A DNA stretch of 64,000 nt from a virus. Positions 25,495 through 39,500 of this stretch are shown here, in pieces (position 1 is the first letter of the stretch; every line of letters starts with the position of its first letter). The translations under genes and the position numbers were made by a program. A model generated the notes under the pieces. The model ran no database searches, had not been told where the DNA came from, and saw only the letters and a program-made list of their open reading frames with translations. Where the stretch lies: positions 96,001 to 160,000 of IMG/VR virus record IMGVR_UViG_3300001605_000008; one strand, given 5' to 3'.

Positions 25495-28400
25495 TGGTCA
25501 CACGTCGTCGTTCAGTTGATCTGCTGCCTGAGATTTTTCGCACAGAAACCAATCAGCAGTTCCTGGCAGCCACGCTGGATCAGCTCACACAAGAACCCAG
25601 CATAGTACGCACACAAGGATATGTGGGGCGGCGTGTGGGACCAGGTGTGAATCCTGCCGACAACTATGTGATCGAACCCACGGCCACTCGTGCAGATTAT
25701 CAGCTAGAACCCGGTGTGGTGTTTTTCAAACCCGATACCACCACGCCCGATGATGCCATCACTTATCCAGGCATGATCGATGCTTTGGATTTACAAGGTG
25801 CCGATACCACACGACAGGATCGGCTGTTCCAGAGCCAGTATTATGTCTGGGATCCGTTTTGCGATCTAGACAAGTTCACGAATTATAGCCAATACTATTG
25901 GCTGCCCCAAGGCCCTGACGCAGTAGATGTCAACGCCACTGATGTTCCTCTCACTGACAACTGGGTAGTAACACGTACCAACAACGGATATCAGCTGTCG
26001 GGCGAAGCCGGCAACAACCCCACCATCACCTTGGTTCGTGGTGGCAACTATACCTTCCAGATATCACAAGGTGGCGGCGCCAGATTCTGGATACAGACTG
26101 ATCCTGGAGTGGCAGGAAGAGTTCCAGGTACTCCCAACATCTCCAGCCGGGACGTGCAAGGTGTGATCAACAACGGGGTTGATGCTGGTACCGTGACTTT
26201 TAACGTACCTCTCAACACCGCCGATGACTTTTACTATTCATTAAACTCCATTGGTGTGATTCCAGGTCGAGCGCCCAATACCAGTGGCACAGTGGATCTT
26301 ATTACTGATCTCAAGTTCAATCAAATCAACAATATCTATGTTGATGAGTTCTTGCGTGCAAACCCCATGGGAATTGATGGCATCACCAACTTGGATGGCC
26401 GCGCGGTAGTTTTCACAAATCAGATACAAAATGCTCAAGATGGCGGATGGCAGGTACAATCTCAGTTTGATCCGTTGTTGCCTTTGCCACAGAACATCGG
26501 CCAGGAAGGCAGTTTTGACACAACACTTTACGACCAAACCACTGACATCGACGACGTTGATCAGAGATACGGAGTCTGGCAGATACGTTATGTCAATGAC
26601 GAATCCGGCAATCCGTTCATGCAGCTCAATCCAGTGCTGGGGATTCCTTTGCTCAACAAATGGCGTGTGCTGTTTGGCGCACAATGGAGCAACACACAAT
26701 GGTATCGAAATGCTTCGGGCTTTCCCGAAAAGATACCCTTGCTCACAGCCACCCTGGATACGCTGTGGTATCAGGACAGTGAAAATCCCGAATTGTTTGG
26801 ACGCATACGTCTAGTAGATACCTCGGGTCTGAATCCTGTCAATCTCGATGAAATAATTGGTGCCCGTAATTACACCAGCCCCAATGGTGTGGTGTTTACC
26901 AATGGACTCAAGGTACAATTCCGCGGCCTGACCGAACCTCCTGAATTCCAGAATCTGGAATACTATGTGGAAGGCGTAGGCACGGGATTGGGAATTGATG
27001 CTCGGATAGGATTCATTGATGGTGAGGCATATTTTGGTCCTTGGCACTTGTTCAACAATCAACGACTCACAGGTGCGGTACACAGCGAAGAAGTTTTCCA
27101 GGAATACATCTACGAAACCGTGGCCGAGAGCCTGGCCAATCCCGGTGCCGGATATCCCCAAGATGCACCACTTCCTGCTGAAGGTGTGCTGGGTGCTACC
27201 CTAGGCTCTGGCATACGGCTGGTACCGGTGCGCGAAATGGTCACTCCCGAGACCTACACACGCAGTCTATCAGAGCCATATGATGCATTTCCTTTTGATG
27301 TTGGCGGCTACGACGGTACATTAAATGCTCCGCTCACACCAGATTATATCACTATCAATCGTGCCAGCCGTGATCGCAATGCCTGGAGCCGCAGCAATCG
27401 TTGGTTCCATATTGATGTGATACAGTATGCTGCAGAACTCAACAACCAGATACCTGTGCTGGACAATCAACAACGCGGTAAACGGCCCATCATCGAGTTC
27501 CGGGCTGATCTGCGATTGTTTGATTTTGGCACACAAGGAAAGATACCGGTCAATATCATAGACTTTGCATCTACAGATGCACTCAGCAATATCAACGGGC
27601 AATTAGGTTATAGCACTGATGGATATACCTTGATCTCGGGAAGCCGGGTTGTATTCGCAGGAGATCTTGATCCAGAAGTGCGCAATCGCGTGTACCGAGT
27701 AGAGTTTATCGAACCCGATACCCTGGCACCGTTGATCGCTCAACCCATTATCAATCTCGTGCCAGAATTCAATGGCGAAGCCTTGATCGATCAGACCCTG
27801 GTCGCACTCAGTGGCAACACCCAGCAAGGCAAAAGCTATTGGTTTGATGGCAGTAACTGGCGTTTAGCTCAGCAAAAAATTGGGGTAAATCAGGCACCGT
27901 TGTTCGATGTCTACGACAGCAATGGTATCAGTCTCAGCAATCTTGCTGTTTATCCCAGCTCAACATTTGCTGGCAGTCGTTTGTTTGGATATGCCTTGGG
28001 CGGTACTGCCAGGAGTGATGATGTCTTGGGATTCGCTCTGAAATATCTCAACATTGAAAACGTAGGCGACATAGTTTTTGAAAATTATCTCTATACAGAC
28101 AAATTCCTCTATGTGCGTAACAGCGTGAGTTTTGAAGAAGATGTCAGCATAGGCTTTGCTCGACAGTATCTCGATCGCACAGATTTTTCCCAGATGATCG
28201 GTTGGCAGGATGCTGCTGCTGAAAATCGCAGTCGCCAGGTGTTTCGTTTTGTGTTTGATGGAGAACCCTTGGTGTTGGATGTGCCAGCAGATACCCGGTC
28301 TCCATATCCTCCGATACAGATATATCAAGGCACAGTGTTTATCAACCCAGATCAATACACCATCGAAGTTTCAGAAGACAACACTGTTATTACCCTGACA

Positions 28401-30540
28401 GATCCACCTGAGATCGGTACCATACTTGAAGTGCAGGTTCTGAGCAATCAAGCCAGTGCAGTGGCTTTCTATCAGGTTCCGTTGAATCTAGAAAACAATC
28501 CCTTGAACGAAAACAGCGATGCGTTTACCTTGGGAACTATACGCACTCACTATGAAAGCATAGGACAGAATTTAAAGAATATACAGGGTCCTGTTATCGG
28601 AGCCAACAACACCCGTGACCTGGGCGACATACTGAGATACGGCAACAACATCGTGCAGCACTCAGCCCCCTTGGCTCTGGCCGGACCATTCCTGAGACAG
28701 CGTCAATATCAGGTCATTGACGCCATACAGTTCAACAGCAGGGAATATGAAAAATACAAGGCCCTGCTGTTGGATCTAGCCGGCAAAGGGGATTTTGTTA
28801 ATTCCACACCAACCCAGATACTAGACACAGTGATGGCAGAGATATCGCTGGGCAAAAACAGCCAGAGTCCTTTTTACTGGGGAGACATGGCACCATCAGG
28901 GCAGAATTATGTTTCTACTCGGTACACAGTGTCATTGATCACTACCAACACTTTTGATACACAGCAGACCTATGATTACAACAGCAGCAACTTCCTAGGG
29001 CTGAACGTTTATATCAATGGTGTGATCCAAACACGCGGATATGATTATGTGGTAAATGACGATAGCCGTACAGTGACTTTCTTAAAGACGTTGGTCCTGG
29101 GTCAACAGATCGAATTCCGTGAGTTTGATCAGACCTACGGATCGTATGTACCCAATACTCCCAGCAAGATGGGACTCTATCCCAAGTTCCGCCCTGAAAT
29201 TTATCTAGATGAGACCTATGTCACTCCCACACCGGTGATCCGTGGTCATGATGGCAGCATCACAGTGGCATTTGGCGATGCACGAGATCAAGTGTTGTTG
29301 GAGTTTGAAACCAGGATATTCAACAACATCAAGATATCTACCCCGGTACCAATTTCGGCTGCAGAAGTTATTCCTGGACAGTTCCGCGAAACCAATTATA
29401 CTCTGGCAGAGATCAACAATATACTATCCACAGACTTCCTGAGTTGGATCGGATGGAACAAACTTGATTACACATCCCAGGTATATCTGCCCAATGATCC
29501 TTTTACCTACAACTACAGCCAGAGCTCTAACAAACTAGATCGTCAGCCTCTCTTGGGCGCTTGGCGCGGCATTTACAATTATTTCTACGATACTCTCACT
29601 CCCAACACAAGTCCTTGGGAAATGCTGGGATTCTCAGAAGAACCTGTGTGGTGGCAAGACTATTATGGTCCCGCACCTTATACATCAGGTAACTTGGTTC
29701 TTTGGGAAGATTTAGCCGAAGGTCGTGTGCGAGATCCCAACGGTGACTACTTTCTTCCAGAATATGCTAGGCCAGATCTCACAGCAGTGATTCCCGCAGG
29801 CACCGAGGGCGAGTTATTGCCGCCCATCGACAGCACTGTGGGCAATTTTGATGGAACCAGCTTCCGCAGATCCTGGGCATTTGGCGACAATGGTCCGGTA
29901 GAAAACGTGTGGCGTACATCATCAGCTTGGCCATTTGCTGTGATGAGATTACTGGCTCTGACCAAACCTGCTAAATTTTTCAGCTTGTTAGCTGATCGCG
30001 ATCGATATGTGTATGACCCAGCTCTAGCGCAGTATCTTTGGGACGGTAGATATCGACTGGATGCCAAACAGATTACTCCTATCTACGGTGACGGGGTCAG
30101 CAAAGCCAGCTATATCAACTGGATAATTGATTATAATCGACAGCTGGGAGTGAACAGCACTCAACGACTCACGGATACCTTGAGCAATATTGGCGTGCGT
30201 CTTTGCTGGCGCCTGGCAGGGTTTTCCGATAAAAAATATCTGAAGATCTATACTGAAAGATCTACCCCCAACAGTCTCAATGCAGGATTGCTATTGCCTG
30301 ATGAGAGCTATCAGTTGCTGTTGTACAAGAATCAGCCATTTGGCGAAGTAACTTACAGCTCGGTCATAGTACAACTCACCGATACCGGATGGCAAGTATT
30401 TGGATACAGCACAGAAACTCCTTATTTTAATGTCCTGACCAGCAGACCCAATGGCACCTCCATAGTGATTGATGCCGGTCAATCAGCCGGCAGCACACAG
30501 GTGCGTTTGTCTACAGAGCACAGTGATAATGTCACACTAA
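25494..30540 (+). CDS. Giant baseplate/virion protein (gp7/VrlC-like), N-terminal part; frameshifted at ~30540
   Basis: RSVDLLPEIFRTETNQQFL start, YYWLPQGP; the frame shifts +1 at ...NVT(L)/VPYGYIFTNR into the next ORF. Confidence 0.7.
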
Positions 30541-33500
30541 GTTCCCTATGGATACATATTCACCAATCGCACTGCGGTTTGTGACTTCCTGTACAGTTAT
30601 GGATTGTTGTTGACTCGCCAGGGATTTGTTTTTGAAAATCAAGAAAATGGATATATCTTGGATTGGCTGCAGATGTGCCAGGAGTTCTTGTACTGGAGCA
30701 ATCAAGGATGGGCGCCTGGTGCTATCATCAATCTCAATCCCGGCGCTACTAGAGTCTCGGTGTCAAGACCCGGTGCTGTGGCGGACAGTCTGGCTGATCC
30801 CCGTCCTAAAAATCTGATACTAAATCAGAATCGCCAGGTAATCGCGCCGGAACAATTGGTACTGGAAAGACTGGGCAATACTTTCCGTGCCACGAGCTTT
30901 AGTTCCAACACTATAAATTATCTCAATGTATCATTCACTGCCTACGAACACCTAGTGATCCTAGACAACGCCAGTATTTTCAATGACTTGATATATGATC
31001 CCATCACTGGTTCTCGCCAGAGTCGTATACTGGTATCCGGTGTGATATCCGGAGACTGGGACGGTACAGTCAATGCTCCTGGATTTGTTCTCAATCAAGA
31101 CAACATAGTGGAGTGGAGTCCGCGTCGTGGGTATGCCAAGGGCGAAATCGTGCTGTTTAAAAACGAATACTGGTCAGCCAGCACCATTATCCAGCCCAGC
31201 CAGGATTTCAATTACAATCTCTGGATCAAGAGCGACTACGACGACGTACAAAAAGGACTTTTGCCCAACGCGGCCAACGCCAGCGATGAACTCAGTCAGG
31301 CCTATTCGGTATACGGTGCATCTCTGCAAAACGAAACTGACTTGTTCAGTTACGGGCTCATTGGATTCCGTCCCAGAGATTACATGGAAGCACTCAATCT
31401 TGACGATGTCAGTCAGGTACAACTTTATCAGCAGTTCCTGGGCAGCAAAGGTACCATCCAGGCTGCTGAGATCTTTAGTTTCGCAGATCTCGGCAAAGAA
31501 ACTGCGCAGTATAATATCTATGAATACTGGGCACTGCTGCGCAGCAGTTACGGCGCCACAGCCAATCGAAATTATATTGAACTTCTGTTAGATGCTGCAA
31601 GACTGCGTAGCGATCCTTCCTTGGTGGAAGTGGTAGAACCCCAAGAGACCTCACAGTCAGACCAGCCAATACTATTGGAAAATATCTACAAGACCAGCCA
31701 ACCTCTGACATCTTCTGATATATTTCCCACGGTCATAGCACCAGTCAAAGATGCAGGGTTACCAACAGCAGGATATGTCAACCTGGAAGATGTTGATTTT
31801 ACAGTGTTTGATCTTGAAGATTTTTCATCTACTCAGAGTCAGTTCAACCAAACAGTAGCAGAAATTGGTGTGGGTAGCACGCTATGGGCAGCTAAAATCA
31901 ATGGTCATGACTGGGGGGTTTATCGTGTAGAAACTGTTCCAGGCGATATCATCTTGATATCAGATAATCTCGATGCTAGGGCTCTAGTAGAATTTACCGT
32001 ACCACACGGACTGGCAGTTAATGACGCATTGATTATTAGATTCTTCAATGATGCTGTTAACGGCACTTACCGTGTGTTGTCGGTTCCCGCACTGAATCAG
32101 GTCTTGATAGGCTACAGATTTGTCGGACAACAAACTGAATACATAGGCACGGGGGTGGGATTCACTCTGCAAACAGCTCGTGTTGCCCAGGCATCAGACA
32201 TAGCAGACCTTCCTTATTCCAATTCGTTGACATCAGGTGATCGAGCCTGGGTGGACGACAATGGACAGGGTCGATGGACCGTGTTGCAGAAACAACAGCC
32301 TTTCAATCTCAAAACCGATTTGCCGGTGGCTGAACCCGTTACCAGCAGTTTTGTTGGCAGCAGTGTTGCACAAGGGCTCAACAATCTTGCAGCCATGGTG
32401 GGTGCTCCGGGCTACGGTACAGCCGGCGGGGTGTATACCTATGTCAAGGATTCGACTGATAGGTACGTGCAAAACAGCATATTAGAACTTGAAACTACAG
32501 ATCTGGCCGGATACGGTAATGCCATGGACATGGCTAATCAGACCTGGGCAGTGGTGGGTGCCAGCGCCAGCGGCAATGATCAAGGGTATGCAGTGGTGAT
32601 CTATAATCCTCCCACCAGCAATGTTTTTGATCAGTATCAGCTGTTGCTGGACTGGACCTTGGATTCATCCGGTGGCCAGCCCGGAGATGAATTTGGATAC
32701 AGTGTTGCCATCAGTCGTGATGAGCGCTGGATCTATGTGGGCGCACCAGGTGCCAACAAGGTCTATGGATACGGACTGGTTGAAATTGAACTACAATCCA
32801 TTGAATATCGTGCCACCGGAGCAACCTCGTATTCTTATCAGAATAGCGTGGTAGTTGACACTGCAGATCAACTCATAGTCATTGTTGACAACGTTCCGCA
32901 GACACCTTCTACCACTTATCCTTATTCTGTCAATCTAGTAAACAGCACAATAACCTTTGTGGCCACTGCTCCGGCTGAAGGATCTACAGTTCTCATAACA
33001 CGCAGGATCGCAAACCTGATCTCTGCGGACGGCAGCACCAACACTTATCCTGTTGATAATATCTATGGTGTGTCCACTCTTGATACTTTCACTGTTTACG
33101 CGGATGGAATCTTACAACGTCCCGGACTAGATTATGTACTGGCTGGGACAAATATCGTGTTTTCTACTACTCCGGCCGCAGGAGCTCCAATATCAATCCG
33201 TGGAGGATCTCATTATCGTCAGTCGTTCGTGATTGACAGCAGCTTCTTGCCAGCGCCGTTGAGCGGAACTGATAGATTTGGTCACAGTGTGGCCACTACC
33301 ACAGACGGCCGTCAGATCTTGATAGGCGCTCCGGGTGTGGATGCCAGTACTGGTCGTGTTTATGTATTCGATCGTGGCGTGCAGAGATTCCAAGTCACCA
33401 CACCTGGGCAGACTGTGTTTGTATTGGATCAGAGCTTGGCTTCGGCGCCGACCACAGTGCTGCTCAATGGCGCATTTTTGATCAACAACATTGGCAACAT

Positions 33501-36500
33501 CAACGGTGATTATGAAATATTCTATGACAGCAGCAACAGCATAGAGTTAAACTCGGCTCCGGCAGTGGGAGATATTCTAGAAATAGAAAATAATGCCGTG
33601 AGCTTTGTACAAGAGATCTCCGCAAAATCGCCCGCGGTTGCTGCTGAATTTGGTGCAGCATTGGATCAGTGTGTGACTAATTGCAGTTTATACATCGGTT
33701 CTCCACGCGATGGCCAGGTCCTGATCGAGGCCGGAAGTGTAGATTATCAGATCAATCAAGCCCGGGTGTATGGCTCTCTCGCCAGCACCTATCAATATCA
33801 GACACAAGCACAGCCCAACTCGACTTATACTACTGCGTTTACACCCGGGTTCTGGAAAGTGCTCAGCATCAACGACGGTGTAAAAAATTATGGATTCGTA
33901 GCGTCGGGATTTACCATTGGAGATTATCTCCGAGTAAATGATTACTATGTTGAAGTAACAGGTATTACTCCTGCTGCTCTGGCACAAGACATAATCAATG
34001 CCAATATACCCAATGTGACTGCAATATCAAACAACGGATATATCACGATATTCGTGAAAAACCAATCCACTGCGGTGCCTGGCAGCAAGCTACAAGTATT
34101 GCCGGTATCAAACAGCAGCGTGTTTGCTGATGCAGGATTCCAGCCCCTGGCCTGGGTACAGACATTTGTAAGCCCAGTTCCCCAGGCCAATGCGAACTTT
34201 GGTGCCAGTGTTTATATCAATGAGACTTCTAGAAATCTCATCATTGGTGCTCCGGACTCCAATTCCTACATTACTACCACGTTTGATGTGTATTCCCAGA
34301 CCCTGCCAGATTCACAAGCAGTGTATGGAACACCTTATGTTAATAATCCTGCGTCACCGCCCAGCATATCCACTACCACGTTTGATGCTGGCAGCACCAG
34401 GTTCGTCAGCGCTATACCCAACAGCGGTGCGGTATACACTTACGACCTCTTGCCTGCGGTAAATCCCACGATCACTAATCCTTCGAGATTTGTGTTTGGC
34501 CAACAGATACTGTCACCGGGACTGGCACCATTTGATCGATTTGGTGCTGCAGTAAACTACACCACTGGCACTTTGCTGGTGGGATCTCCAGGTAACAATG
34601 CCAACAACATCACTAACGAATCTGGTCGTGTGAGTGAATTTATAAACATAAATCGCACACCGGCCTGGACTGAAACACGTCTCCAGCAACCAGTGGTTGA
34701 TATTGATCTGTTGAATTCGGTGTTTATGTACGATAGATTCACCGGCGGCGCCAAACAATATTTTGACTATATCGACCCTTTGCAAGGAAAACTTCTTGGA
34801 GCAGTGCGCCAGAACCTCGACTACATAGGGGCCATTGATCCTGCTGCTTACAACACAGGTACAGTCAACAATTATGGTCAGGTCTGGGCCCAAGCTCGCG
34901 TGGGAGAGATGTGGTGGGACACTGCCAATGCTAGATTTATTGATCCCAACCAAGACGACATAGTGTATGCCAGCCGGCGCTGGTCACAGTTGTTCCCAGG
35001 CAGCACTGTGGATGTATATCAATGGATCGTGAGTGATGTTCCTCCTAGTCAATACGCCGGTCCGGGCACGCCCAGGAACACCGAAAGCTATGTCACACTG
35101 AGCTCGGTCAATGAGCAAGGCATCATCGAAACCAACTATTATTTCTGGGTGCAAGGTATACGCACCGTGGCTCGTGCTGCTCGCAAGACCCTGGGTGCCG
35201 AAGTAGTGGCACGCTATATCGAATCCCCTAAATCTAGCGGTATCGCTTATATTGCTCCCATCAACGCCAGCACTGTGGCCATCTACAACGGATTGCCTTA
35301 TATTTCTGCTGAAGATACTGTGTTGCATGTTGAATACGACGAAACACCCAACGATGACGCAGTGCATGTGGAGTACAATCTCATCGCCCAGGATCGAGCC
35401 GACGGCTTCCTGATCGATCGTGCATATCGCAAATGGCTGGATAGTTTTGCTGGATATGACACTGTGGGCAACCCTGTTCCAGATCCTTTCTTGCCTGAAA
35501 GCGAGAAGTACGGGGTCGACTTCCGCCCACGGCAAAGCATGTTCCGTAACAGATTTCTAGCTTTGCAGAACTATCTCACACAGTCTAACGCTGTGTTGCG
35601 CACCTTGCCAATCTCTGAGACACGTAGTTTTCCTCTTCTCAACAGCAGCGAACCGGAACCTGCTGAGATCTCCGGAGAGTGGGATTTCCGAGTAGCCAAT
35701 CTCGCCGAGCTCAGCTATCAAGACCTAGCCACAGTGCCTGTTGGATATCGATACCTAGTGGAAAGTGACAGCAGCAACGATGGCCTCTGGACCATATATG
35801 AAGTGTTGCCGGGCACGTTGCCTGGACAAAAAATCCTGGGTCTAGCCCGAGTACAGAACTATGACACACGCTTGTACTGGAGCTATATTGATTGGTATGA
35901 GCCAGGGTACGATCCCAGCACTCTAATTGTAGTAGAGGTGCCTAATTTTTCTGCATTGTCCACGGTCACAGTGCCACCGGGCAGCAGCGCCAAGGTCACT
36001 GCCAACGGTCAAGGCAAATGGGAAATCTACAGACTCACAGCCGGTGAGTGGATACGTGTGGGTCTCCAGGACGGTACCATCGAGATTGATGCCAAGATAT
36101 GGGATTATGCTCTGGGCAGATATGGATTTGATATCGAAGTATTTGATGCCCAGTATTTTGATCAGGAACCTATCACCGAAACTCGCAAGATAATACAAAG
36201 TCTCAACGAAGAAATATTCATTGATGACCTGGCGATCGAACGCAATCGTCTCTTGATCCTGACCTTCAACTACATCCTCAGCGAACAGATAGCACCTCTG
36301 TGGCTCACAAAAACCAGCTTGATTGACGTGGATCATGTGATTCGTAAGCTGGAGCCATTCCAGATCTATCGACTAGACAATCAGGATTTCGTGCTGAATT
36401 ACATACAAGAAGTCAAGCCGTATCACACACAAATCCGAGAATTCAACTTGATATATCAAGGATCCGATCTTTATCAGGGATCCATGACTGACTTTGATGT

Positions 36501-39500
36501 ACCAGCCTACTGGGATGCCGCACAGAATCTGTTTGTGTCGCCGGTGCTGGACGATGTTGGTACACTCAGTACCACATCCAGTGTGCCCAGCACCAGTGCG
36601 GTCTGGCAGACTTTTCCCTGGAACCAGTGGTATCAAAACTATCTCCTGGGAATTGAATCAGTGACCGTGGTCTCAGGCGGCACAGGATACACCGTACCCC
36701 CCGAAGTCATTGTCACGGGAGAATGCGAACGTCCTGCAGTGATGACCGCAGTGATCAACAGTGCCGGACAGGTGCGAGCTATAGAAGTGATTGATCCAGG
36801 CCTGGGCTATCTCACCACAGCTATCATTAATTTGATAGGTGGCAACGGTACCGGAGCTCAGGCCGTTGCTAACATGGGCAATGATCTGGTACGCAATATC
36901 AAGACAGTTATCCGGTATGATCGCTATCAATACCAGGCTGATTTTGTTGAGTGGCAGCCTGACCAAGTATATGTCACTGGTGATCGGGTGAGATATGCCG
37001 ATCTAGTATGGCAGCTTGATTCTGATGCTAATGGCGATCCCCAGACCGTGGAGTCTCAGGACTTTGATCTCGCTGAGTGGTCGGTAGTTCCGGCTGATCA
37101 GCTGTCAGGCGTGGATCGTACCATGGGCTACTATGTACCGCGTGCCAACGAACCTGGGTTAGATCTGGCCCTACTGATCACTGGAGTGGACTATCCTGGA
37201 GTGCAGGTGTATGCGCCCGACTTTAGTCAGAACACCGGATTTGACGTAGGCAACTACGATATCAATCCTTTTGATAACATCTCTTTTGGTCCCGAAGGCT
37301 TGCCCACATATGATCCTGCCATCTTGGACACTATCTATGAAAGCGAGTTTACAGATCCGTTCTTGGGTGTGTTACCGGCCCCAGCCTATGCAGGAGATCC
37401 GCCCACAGGTGGTCCAAATCCCATAGTAGTGTCAGGTGGAGCATTTGTTGACACATATTCCAGCCATGCACCCGAAGAATTAGTCCCAGGCGCGATATTC
37501 GACACCTTGGATTTCCGTGTGTACACCACACCTGGTGCGGATTGGCTGGGTCAAGGTCACGGATTTGCGATCAAGAGCATCAATTATCAATACATCAGCA
37601 GCACCACTTCACTGGCATTTGGTGGTCTCTTGGATTACATATCCACCGTGCGTGTCTGGAACAGAAACACAGGAATTGAGTTAGCCCTCACCGTGGATTA
37701 TACCATAGACTGGAATGCCAAAACCGTCGTAATAACATCAGGTGCGTCAGTGGATGATGTCATCGTGATATCTGCTTATGGACTAGGCGGCGGTAATCAG
37801 ATCTATCGTGAATCCTATAATGGTGCAGATGTAGGAGCATCAGTGGTGATCCCGGTACAAGCATCTAGGATCAAAGAGATAGTGGTCTTTGCCAATGGTG
37901 AGCCGTTCAACAACTTTACCTGGGTTCAGGACACAACCTACACCACCGAAATACAATTCAATACTCCGTGGACTTCTGCAGATTATCTCATGATCACTGC
38001 AATGGGATCTGACTTTGCTGGAGATGTCGGCTGGAGCGCACCGGTCACACAATACATACTGGCCACTGGCGATCTTGCTTATACTCTCACCAACAGTTTG
38101 GCAGGTACAAATCCTGCAAACATGATAGTGACCGTGGGAGGCCGCAGATCCCGTCCAGCTGAAGGTGCTGCGTATACAGGCGATGGAAGCACCACAACAT
38201 TTGATCTACCCACACGTGGTGGATATGATACTGCTCTGGTATTGGGTCCCGAAGTCGCGGTATACGTCAACAATCAACCTCTGACATTGGGAGTTGGGTA
38301 TGTGCTGGATCCTGCAGATTTATCCAGCAATCGCACAGTGACTCTTGTTGCCCCGCCTGCCGTGGGCGACAAAGTATTGGTATCCGTGAATCATGCTGCA
38401 GATTACATAATTTCTGGTGATACCATTGCTTGGAAACCATCCGCACCGTTGATACCCATAGCCGGCGACGTGATCTCGGTAACCACCTGGAATGACACAG
38501 CCGAACAGGGATTGCTGACTCAGGTATATCAAGGTCCCGAGACCATTGGTGCCCAGATTACTCAAAAATACGACACTACTCTTTACGACCAAGGAGATAT
38601 CACAGCACAGCCAGGCAGCTTTGATTACAGCGTAGGCACAGTGATTGAGATCAATAGATTTGATATTGGCCGTCCCATCGTGGATGCCAGCCGCATCACT
38701 GTTTCTTTAAACGGACAGTTCATTTTTGCTGGTGATACGTTTGACATTCCTTCAACTGATCTTCCGATATTTGAAGTTGGCCCCACATATATCGAAATAA
38801 AAGGTCCGCCCATCAGTGCTACCACAGTGGTAGCAATTACCACAGTCACTGACCGAGTGGTGCCCGATGCCGAAGCCTTCCGGGTATTCCAAGACATGCG
38901 AGGACAACAACTGACTTACAGGATTGCTCCTGAGTCTACAACCGACCTAGCCCAGGATCTTTCAGCCACGGCAGACACGATATATGTCACTGACGCCAAG
39001 CGTCTATCTGTGCCCAATCTCGAACAGGGTATTTTTGGGCAGATCACCATCGACGGTGAACGCATCACTTATCGATACATTGATAAAATCAACAACACAG
39101 TATCGGGACTTCGCCGTGGTACAGTAGGCACTGGAGCAGCAGATCATGTCTCTGGTTCCTTGGTATATGACATTGGTATCGGAAACTTGTTACCTATGAA
39201 ATACCAGAATCAAATAATCACAACACAGATAGCCACAGACGAGCCTAATCCTTATCTCGGCAACGGCGTCACTACGGTTTTTGTAGCCGATGATATATCA
39301 GTGACCGGAGCAGACAGCACAGAAATAGCCGAAGCTGTGAGAGTATATGTGGCTGGAACTCTGCAAACATCCGGTTATACTATACAATCAGGTGATCCAG
39401 TAACTGTAATTTTTGATCAGCCCCCGGCCATGGGATCCTTGGTGACTATACAGGTATTGCGTGGATTGAGCTGGTATCAGCCCGGAGTTGGAACAGCCAG

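Noticed and set aside
30535-30545. Programmed +1 recoding at CTA AGT T (similar to yeast EST3 CUU AGU U)
   Set aside because: The yeast mechanism depends on specific yeast tRNAs; here the +1 P-site codon would be UAA, so slippage is implausible.
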